From the NCBI GenBank assembly GCA_963718915.1, contig CAVRAI010000009.1, positions 30,001 through 62,000 on the forward strand: DNA of 32,000 bases, read 5' to 3'. Positions 25,180 through 31,643 of this stretch are shown one piece after another (position 1 is the stretch's first letter; every line of letters begins with the position of its first letter). The notes under the pieces are model-generated. The model had not been told where the DNA came from and did no database searches. It saw nothing but the letters and a program-made list of their open reading frames with translations. Both the position numbers and the translations under genes were made by a program. The DNA comes from an uncultured Chloroflexia bacterium (GTDB taxonomy: Bacteria; Chloroflexota; Ktedonobacteria; Ktedonobacterales; JADMIN01).

Positions 25180-26124
25180 ATGCAGAACTGGCTGAAGAGA
25201 CTCAAAGATTTAGAGAAGCTCAAGGATATTCAGAACATCCCTGATATATCCAGGGTGCTCGGCAACCTTCCGCTGAATAACATTCCCGTACCCAGCTTTG
25301 GCGAGCAATTACACGACTTCCGCACCCTGCGTGGCAAGTCCGTCGAGGAACTGTCGGCGGAGGTTGGGATTACGTCGATGGCGCTCCGCGATATCGAGAG
25401 CGGCAAGCGTTCCGCGCCGTCCGAAAGCACGGTCATTGCGCTGGCGAACGCCCTCCACCTCGATAAAGATGATCGTGAAACGCTGGTGGATACGGCGGAG
25501 TTGTCGTCGCCGATGCTTCGTCGAATCCTCGGCAAAGAGGCGTCAGCGCCTGGTCAGTCCACACTGACAGCCGCGATTCTCGTCTTCCTGATCGCCGATA
25601 TTCGCGGCTACACGCGCTTCACCCAGGAACACGGCGATGCCGCCGCGGCGCGCCTGACCACGCGCTTCAGCGAGCTGGCGCATAATATCGCCGACCAGTA
25701 TGATGGGCGGATCGTCGAGGTGCGCGGCGACGAGGTGCTGGCGGTCTTTGCCTCAGCGCGTCAGGCGCTGCATGCCGCCCACATGCTCCAGGCGCGTTGC
25801 GCTGAAGAGGCGGCGGCCCATGCCGAGTTGCCGCTGGCGATTGGCGTTGGCATGGATGTTGGCGAGCCGATTCCGATGGAGGACGGCGGCTATCGCGGGG
25901 CGGCGCTTAATCGGGCGGCGCGGCTCTGTAGCATCGCTGGCCCCGGCGATGTGCTGGTCTCCACGGGCGTCGCCTACATCGCGCCCCAGGTGGACGGCGT
26001 CACCTATGTCCATCGCGGGGAGGAGCAGCTCAAAGGCATCGCGGAGCCAACGCCGGTGCTGCTGGCCGCGCGCACCGAGGTGCTGGACGCTAACACCGAC
26101 CAGGACGCCACGCCGGGAAAGTAA
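25180..26124 (+). CDS. XRE-family HTH domain fused to a class III adenylate/guanylate cyclase catalytic domain
   Basis: HTH: LRGKSVEELSAEVGITSMALRDIESGKR.P...VIALANAL. Cyclase: FLIADIRGYTRF (metal Asp), VEVRGDEVLAVF (second Asp), GVGMDVGEP, GAALNRAARL. Start at ATG 25180 (GAGGGAAGGGA upstream), or possibly 25111/25141. Confidence 0.85.
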   Translation: MQNWLKRLKDLEKLKDIQNIPDISRVLGNLPLNNIPVPSFGEQLHDFRTLRGKSVEELSAEVGITSMALRDIESGKRSAPSESTVIALANALHLDKDDRETLVDTAELSSPMLRRILGKEASAPGQSTLTAAILVFLIADIRGYTRFTQEHGDAAAARLTTRFSELAHNIADQYDGRIVEVRGDEVLAVFASARQALHAAHMLQARCAEEAAAHAELPLAIGVGMDVGEPIPMEDGGYRGAALNRAARLCSIAGPGDVLVSTGVAYIAPQVDGVTYVHRGEEQLKGIAEPTPVLLAARTEVLDANTDQDATPGK

Positions 26125-26156
26125 CGGTAGCAGCGGCGAATAGCAGCGTTTGCCCG

Positions 26157-26214
26157 ACCGAACCGCGCCGTGGCCTGAAGACCACGGCTAATCCCGCCCG
26201 TTCGGTATCCTTTT
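26157..26214 (+). terminator. nested hairpin after the cyclase gene (possible terminator or minor repeat)
   Basis: Outer stem ACCGAAC/GTTCGGT (26157-26163 / 26200-26206), inner stem CCGTGG/CCACGG (26168-73 / 26182-87), then ATCC-TTTT. A related CCGTGG..CCACGGCT motif recurs at 31538-31553. Confidence 0.35.
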
Positions 26215-26282
26215 GAATGGCAAGCGAACACGCTGGCGGCGGCATGACGTCGTTTTACAAAATAGTGCGGGCACGCCAGATC

Positions 26283-26457
26283 GGCTGGCGGTTAAAACCG
26301 CGCCTGAAGGGCCTCGCTGACGCTCCGCCACAAAACCTGCCTGCGCAGGTTCACAGAACCGCATGCCAACGGGTATCCCATTGGGACGCGGTCTGGACAG
26401 TCCGCGCAGGCGGACTTCGTGGCCGCAGGCCCTTCAGGCGCGGTTTCAACCGCCCGC
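26283..26457. repeat. nested-palindrome intergenic repeat, copy C (full form, about 175 bp)
   Basis: Arms GGCTGGCGGTTAAAACCGCGCCTGAAGGGCC and GGCCCTTCAGGCGCGGTTTCAACCGCCCGCG. Inner arms GCCACAAAACCTGCCTGCGCAGGTT and AGTCCGCGCAGGCGGACTTCGTGGC. Confidence 0.9.
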
Positions 26458-26531
26458 GCTCCGCTGTGGCGGGATTACTCTGTCCGTCGCAAATGCTATA
26501 ACTACATCATGCCGCGAAGGTGGGTTACTTC

Positions 26532-26883
26532 TCACCCTCGCGCGAAGACCAGTAGCGTTTTCCCGGCGCTATCGCGTAGCTCCAGCGTGTCGTCGCTGAT
26601 GCGCCAGGTGGCCACCGATTCGAGCGTCCGCAGGTATGTAGCCTTCGATCTCCATCAGCGGCGGCGGGCAGGCCATTCGGGTCCCCATCGCCATGCCGAA
26701 CATCAGCGTACCGTCGCCGATTGTCGCGTCGCAGCGATAGCGATTGCAGGCGCTTTTCCCGCCCGCCGCGCCATCCTGAAACGTCAGCGTCACCTCGGCG
26801 CTGGATGGTAAGTCATGCAGCGCCGCGCCATCGAAATACGAGGCCAGCTTCCAGTTGGTGTTCTCAAGATCAGCGGCGGCCAT
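26532..26883 (-). pseudogene. META (HslJ-like, DUF306) domain protein with one +1 frame break
   Basis: ATG 26883 (AGGAG RBS). NTNWKLASY...AEVTLTFQDG.AGGKSACNRY...GTLMFGMAMGTRMACPPPLMEIEG runs in one frame. The conserved end YLRTLESVATWRISDDTLELRDSAGKTLLVFARG* is in the next frame. The break is at about 26636-26644 (GAAGGCTACATACCTG). Confidence 0.75.
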
Positions 26884-27061
26884 ATGTTGCTCCTATCTAT
26901 GGAAATGTCCATGCGTGCCAGACTTGCCATGCATGTGACAGCGTAAGATTCAGTCCTTGCACCTATTACTGCGCGCGGGCATCATGGGTTGTAGAAATGG
27001 CGGCAGGCAAACAGGCGTATCTCAGAAGTAATACCATCTCCAGATGAGATGCGTCTGCTAG

Positions 27062-27116
27062 CCCGCGCAGGCGGGCTTGGTGGCCGTAGGCCCATAGGCG
27101 CGGCTTCAGCCGCCAG
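27062..27116. repeat. nested-palindrome intergenic repeat, copy D (right half only)
   Basis: CCCGCGCAGGCGGGCTTGGTGGCCGTAGGCCCATAGGCGCGGCTTCAGCCGCCAGC aligns with the right halves of copies B and C. It overlaps the last codons and stop of the sigma-factor gene. Confidence 0.8.
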
Positions 27117-28035
27117 CGCCGTCGAGGATTGCCGGGTCGAGCTGACGAAGGCGCTCGGGATCGGCGATGAGGTCGATGGCGACGATCTTCCCGTGCGTCA
27201 TCGTGAAGCTGAAGATGACTCGTGGCTCGCCGTGCAACGCCCAGACGGCGCCGACGGATCCATGCATGAGCGCGACCTGAGCGACCCGCGCGCGTCCCGC
27301 GAACTGCCCGGCCACAGCCTCCGCGCCACGAACCTCGCCTGGCGCCCCAGTCTCCACTGCCGCACGGTCGGCGCGCAGCACGACATCGGGATCGAGCAGC
27401 GCCAGCAGCGCGTCGAAGTCGCCACCACGCGAGGCGGCGAGGAAGGCGTCGACCACGGCTCGCTGGCGGGTGAAATCGGCGTCGGGAAGTCGTGGCCGCG
27501 CCCTGAACCCGGCGACGCGCGCGGCTCGCAAGCTGCCTGGCCGCGGTCGGCGAGCGCCCCACGATGCCCGCGATCTCATCGAAGGGGACGGAGAACACAT
27601 CGTGCATCACAAACGCGAGCCGTTCGGCGGGGGTCAGCGTTTCGAGGACCACCAGCAGCGCCAGCCCAACCGAGTCGGCCAGGAGCGCCTCCTCTTCGGG
27701 GTTGATACCGCCCTCGCGGCTCAGGATTGGGTCGGAGAGGACTCACCATCCGCTCCGTCCGCGCTCAGTGGCTCTTCGCGTCGCGTCGCGCGCGAACGCA
27801 GCATGTCGAGGGAGACCCGCGCCACCACCGTCGTCAGCCATCCGCCGAGGTTCTCGATGCTGCTGGCGTCGGAACGGCTGAGGCGGAGCCAGGACTCCTG
27901 CACGGCGTCGTCCGCCTCGCTTGGCGAGCCGAGGAGCCGGTAGGCTACCGACCGCAGGTGGATCCGCTGCGCCTCGAATTGCTCCGCCAGCCATTCGCGT
28001 TCGTCTTTATCGTCTTTATCGTCGTGTTCGTCCAT
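27106..28035 (-). pseudogene. ECF sigma factor with C-terminal NTF2/SnoaL-like extension (ECF41/56-like), two frame breaks
   Basis: Region 2 (AVQESWLRLSR..ENLGGWLTTVVARVSLDMLR) is in the frame of 28035. Region 4 (LETLTPAERLAFVMHDVFSVPFDEIAGIVGRSPTAARQLASRARRRV) is in another frame. The NTF2-like tail (FTRQRAVVDAFLAASRGGDFDALLALLDPDVVLRAD...GKIVAIDLIADPERL) returns to the first frame. Breaks are near 27735-27750 and 27485-27500. Confidence 0.8.
28002..28023. repeat. 9-bp tandem duplication CGTCTTTAT x2 plus a partial copy
   Basis: Read directly. It encodes the DDKDDKD stretch in the sigma-factor N-terminus MDEHDDKDDKDEREW (minus strand). Confidence 0.9.
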
Positions 28036-28127
28036 CGGTCATCTTCCCTTCTTGTGGTCCGTCATTGGAGTGACGGATGGGACGCAACCGATGTGACAGG
28101 CCGACTTGAGGAACACGAGAGACAGCA

Positions 28128-28433
28128 TTATGCGCGCGGGCGGGAGCGTCTGCCACGTCCTCCAATATGCAGGATGCCACCGGCGGCTCCAATGCTGAGA
28201 ATACTGCCAGTGCTGCCAATTGACAGGATGCTTCCCGAACTGCCAATACTCAGGATACTCCCCACGCTGCCGATGCTGAGTGCGCTCCCCGCGCTGGCGA
28301 AACCCAGCATACTGATGACGCTGTAGAGACTCAGGATGCTCAGAAAGCTGCCACGGCTGTTGATACTTGCGCGGGAGGCCGACGATTGCCGCAATCCCTG
28401 CGTGAGCCTCTCCCTGACTGATACCGTTGCCAT
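28128..28433 (-). CDS. small Ser/Gly/Ile/Leu nonapeptide-repeat protein (101 aa), unknown function
   Basis: Seven 27-nt units: SILSLYSVI/SMLGFASAG/SALSIGSVG/SILSIGSSG/SILSIGSTG/SILSIGAAG/GILHIGG, then RGRRSRPRA. Units differ mostly at synonymous sites (Ser AGC/AGT/TCA/TCG, Leu CTG/CTC, Gly GGC/GGA/GGG), which supports this frame over the two overlapping ORFs. Confidence 0.65.
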   Translation of the reverse strand: MATVSVRERLTQGLRQSSASRASINSRGSFLSILSLYSVISMLGFASAGSALSIGSVGSILSIGSSGSILSIGSTGSILSIGAAGGILHIGGRGRRSRPRA

Positions 28434-28559
28434 TCCGCTGCCGTCCTTTCGTCATACCGTCGCGCTCGAAGCAACGTGATACGATGCACGCAGGCGCATA
28501 AAAAGACTATATCGCCATGTCCCAATGCCTGCCAGACTCGCACCAGCAGGAGGCGACCG

Positions 28560-29293
28560 ATGACCATGAGCGCGACCGACGATCTTGACCGGATCGACGA
28601 CCTGGATTGGTCGGTACGAACGGCAGTCTACGCATTCATCAGCGAACAGACGCGGCCTCCCACTGTTGACGAGGCGGCTGCGCTCCTCAGCATGACGCGC
28701 GAACGGGCCGCGCTGGCCTATCGGCGTCTCAACCAGCGCCACGCGCTCTTCCTGGAGCCTGGGACGCTCAGCATTCGCATGGCGCACCCATTCTCCGGCA
28801 TCCCGACGGCCTTCAAGGTACAGGCCAACGGACGCGCCTACTTCGCCAACTGCGCGTGGGATATGCTCGGGATCCCCGCCGCGCTCCACGCCGACGCCGA
28901 GATCGACGCCTACTACGCCGATGCCGCGCAATACTGCCGTGACGCTCAGCGTTCGCGGCGGCCAGGTCTACGGCCATGACGGCGGCACAGATGGCGTCAT
29001 CCACTTCCCGCTGCCCTTCCAGCACTGGTATGACGACCTGGTACGAACCTGAGCGAATATCCTGCTCTTCCGGTCGGAAGAGGATATCACTGCCTGGTGC
29101 GCAGCGCACTGGCCAGCCACGCGGCGAGACGCTGACGCTTGCCCAGACCTGGGAACTCTCGCAACGCTGGTATCACGACCGCCTGCGACCTGATTTTCGC
29201 GGACGCGCCCCAGACGAGGCGCAGCGGATATTTCAGCAGTTGGGGCTGACCTCGCCCGCGTGGTCGTTGAAACCCATGGACGAATCTTCTTGA
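28560..29293 (+). pseudogene. MerB-like (alkylmercury lyase family) gene with two +1 frame breaks and an in-frame TGA at the catalytic Cys column (pseudogene or candidate selenoprotein)
   Basis: AGGAGG RBS then ATG 28560. FANCAWDMLGIPAAL corresponds to MerB YAWCALDTLIFPAL (Cys96/Asp99). AVTLSVRGGQV corresponds to PVSLTVSPSEI. Frames run 0 -> 1 (about 28930) -> 2 (about 29103), with TGA at 29050. The C-terminus RTGQPRGETLTLAQTWELSQRWYHDRLRPDF... lies in the third frame. Confidence 0.8.
29050..29087 (+). promoter_or_regulatory. UGA plus SECIS-like stem-loop (candidate selenocysteine insertion element)
   Basis: TGA at 29050-52. Lower stem ATATC (29057-61) / GATAT (29083-87), 5' bulge CTG, upper stem CTCTTCC (29065-71) / GGAAGAG (29076-82), loop GGTC (29072-75), which is +23 to +26 from the U of UGA. 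As I recall it, the E. coli fdhF SECIS has a GGUC loop at +22 to +25. Confidence 0.35.
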
Positions 29294-29386
29294 GGCGGTA
29301 GACCAGCAGCGCGCCGAACCATAGCGGTGTACAATGCGGCTGTCGAATGCGCCCGCGATATCGCTGATGTTCAAGGAGACGGCAAC

Positions 29387-31441
29387 ATGGCAACGACGCA
29401 GTTCCCCGTATCGTCCGCGACGACGACCGACTGGCTTTCGCCCGCCGAGATGCGCACGCTCGAAGCTGTCTGCGAAGCCCTGTTCCCGTCGACGCCACCA
29501 CCCACGGGCGAGAGCGATCCCGATGGCTACTACGCGCGCTCCGCGACCGATCTTGGGGTTGCCACATTGATCGCCGAGGCGCTTAGCCAGCAGTCCACCG
29601 AGACGCGCGCGCAGTTCAAGCAGTTGCTCGGCCTGATGGGCAAACCGCTCTTCGGGATGCTGCTCCTGGGGCGACCACAGCGCTTCGACCGCATGTCGCT
29701 CGTGGCCCGCGCCGCCGCGCTGCGCAAGATGCGCGATAGCTCGCTGCCCGCGCTCCGTCAGGGGTTTCAGGGATTGAAGCGGCTGACAGGCTTCGTCTAC
29801 TTTGGCGCGCCCATCGCCGATGGCCCCAATCCCAACTGGCCAACGCTCGCCTATCCCACGCCGCCCGCGGCGCCGTCGCCATCCACTTTCCCCAAACGCA
29901 TTCGACCGCTGGAGGTACATGGCGACCAGACGCTCACCGCTGACGTTGTGATTGTCGGCTCAGGCGCGGGCGGCGGCGTGATGGCTGGCGAGCTGGCGGC
30001 GGCGGGCAAAGATGTGGTGATCCTGGAAAAAGGCGGCTACTTCAGCGAGTCAGACTTCACGGGCGTCGAGGCGCAGATGATGCCGGAACTCTATCTGCGA
30101 CGCGGCATGCTCTCCACCGCCGACCTCTCGGTGGTCGTCCAGGCTGGCTCGTGTCTGGGCGGCGGCACGCTCGTCAACTGGAGCACGTCGCTGCGCACCC
30201 CGCCGGAGGTGCTGGCGGAGTGGGAACGCGACTATGGCTTTGCGGGCGCGACCTCGTCCGAGTACGCGCATGGCTTCGACGCGGCTGAGCAGCGCCTTGG
30301 CGTCAACACCGACGATAGCGCGCCCAACCGCAATAACGCGGCGCTCCAGCGCGGCTGCGAGGCGCTTGGCTATAGCTGGTCGAGCATTCCCCGTAACGCA
30401 TCGGGCTGCGAGCAGCGCTGCGGCTATTGCGGCTTTGGCTGTCCTCACGGGCGCAAGCAGTCCACGATGCTCACCTATCTCCAGGACGCCCACGACCGTG
30501 GCGCTCGTATCCTGGTGCGCTGCGCCGTCGAGCGCGTGGTGATCGAGCGGGGCAAGGTGACGGGGGTGGAGAGCTGGGCGACGGATAGCGAGACAGGTGA
30601 GCGGCGGCGAGTGATTGTGCGCGCGCCGCTGGTCGTCGTCGCGGGCGGCTCGGTGGAGTCCCCGGCGCTGCTGCTGCGCTCGGGGCTGGAGAACCCCAAC
30701 ATCGGACGCCACCTGCGGCTGCATCCGGTAGCGGCGTCCGGAGCGCTCTATCCCGACCCCATCGAGACGTGGACCGGCAGCCTGCAGACCGTCTATACCG
30801 ACCACTTCGCGCGCATCCGGGGCGACTATGGCTTCCGCATCGAGGTGATGCCCGCGCATCCAGGGCTGCTAGGGCTGGCGACCACATGGAACAGCGGTCA
30901 GGAACTCAAGCAGCTTATGACGCGGATTCGTCAGCAGGCGGTCTATATCGTGCTGACGCGCGATACAGGCGAGGGGCATATCACGCTCGATAAGCAGGGC
31001 GATCCGGTGCTGCATTACTGGCCGAATGCGGTGGACCGTGGCCATCTGACGCGCGGGATGCAGGAGGTGACGCGCATTGGGTTCGCCGGGGGCGCCACCG
31101 CCGTCAACCACAACTTCTCGCCCCTGCTCTCGCTGCAGAGCGAAGAGGGCAAACCAGGCGCGGTCGCTGATGCCACGATGAAGCGCTACCTGGCGGAGAT
31201 CGAGCGCCAGGGGATTGCGCCGAACCGCGTGATCGTCGGCACGGCGCACCAGATGGGCACGTGTCGGCTGGGTGGCAGCGCGAAGACGGCGGTCGCCCGG
31301 CCCGATGGGCAGGTCTATGGCGTCGAGGGACTCTATATCGGCGACGCCAGCGGCTTCCCGACGGCGTCTGGCGTTAACCCGATGCTCTCAACGATGGCGC
31401 TGGCATACCATGTCGCGCGGCAGATCACGGCACGGGGGTAA
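29387..31441 (+). CDS. GMC-family FAD oxidoreductase with long N-terminal extension (long-chain alcohol oxidase-like)
   Basis: ATG 29387 (AAGGAGA RBS). FAD fold VVIVGSGAGGGVMAGELAAAGKDVVILEKG, C-terminal GMC signature AHQMGTCRLG...GLYIGDASGFPTASGVNPMLSTMALA. About 190 aa precede the FAD fold. Confidence 0.9.
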   Translation: MATTQFPVSSATTTDWLSPAEMRTLEAVCEALFPSTPPPTGESDPDGYYARSATDLGVATLIAEALSQQSTETRAQFKQLLGLMGKPLFGMLLLGRPQRFDRMSLVARAAALRKMRDSSLPALRQGFQGLKRLTGFVYFGAPIADGPNPNWPTLAYPTPPAAPSPSTFPKRIRPLEVHGDQTLTADVVIVGSGAGGGVMAGELAAAGKDVVILEKGGYFSESDFTGVEAQMMPELYLRRGMLSTADLSVVVQAGSCLGGGTLVNWSTSLRTPPEVLAEWERDYGFAGATSSEYAHGFDAAEQRLGVNTDDSAPNRNNAALQRGCEALGYSWSSIPRNASGCEQRCGYCGFGCPHGRKQSTMLTYLQDAHDRGARILVRCAVERVVIERGKVTGVESWATDSETGERRRVIVRAPLVVVAGGSVESPALLLRSGLENPNIGRHLRLHPVAASGALYPDPIETWTGSLQTVYTDHFARIRGDYGFRIEVMPAHPGLLGLATTWNSGQELKQLMTRIRQQAVYIVLTRDTGEGHITLDKQGDPVLHYWPNAVDRGHLTRGMQEVTRIGFAGGATAVNHNFSPLLSLQSEEGKPGAVADATMKRYLAEIERQGIAPNRVIVGTAHQMGTCRLGGSAKTAVARPDGQVYGVEGLYIGDASGFPTASGVNPMLSTMALAYHVARQITARG

Positions 31442-31582
31442 CGCGGGCGGTGGGGCAGGAGCGGGCCGGAGCATCAATGCTACGGCGAATGGGCGTGTGT
31501 GACGGGTCCGTAAATTCGCTGTGGCCTGCAGGCTACGGCGTGACCCCGTGGAACCACGGCTGACCAGTTTATAAACCAGGAA

Positions 31583-31608
31583 GCCGGGGAGCGGAACAGC
31601 CCCCCGGC
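31583..31608. terminator. hairpin between the convergent GMC and satP-like genes (possible bidirectional terminator)
   Basis: GCCGGGG (31583-89) / CCCCGGC (31602-08), a 7-bp GC stem. Weak T-rich flank on the minus strand (TTCCTGGTTTATAAA). Confidence 0.3.
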
Positions 31609-31643
31609 GATTGTATGCGTGCCAATAATACGAAGCCGATGTA

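Noticed and set aside
13313-27116. Whether the recurring GGTTTCAACCGCC/GGCGGTTAAAACCGC-type repeats are a CRISPR array.
   Set aside because: The copies are kilobases apart. They occur as inverted (not direct) pairs with conserved internal sequence rather than unique spacers, and no cas genes are present.
28016-28455. ORFs 28039..28455 (-) and 28016..28246 (-), which overlap the nonapeptide-repeat gene.
   Set aside because: Their translations (QHWQYSQHW..., His/Gln/Trp/Arg-rich) are out-of-frame readings of the 27-nt units. Variation between units is synonymous only in the 28128..28433 frame.
27106-29293. Programmed ribosomal frameshifting to explain the breaks in the sigma, MerB-like and META genes.
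   Set aside because: There are five breaks in three unrelated genes, in different sequence contexts. I could not see a slippery heptamer or a shared stimulatory structure at any of them. Mutation or assembly error is more likely.
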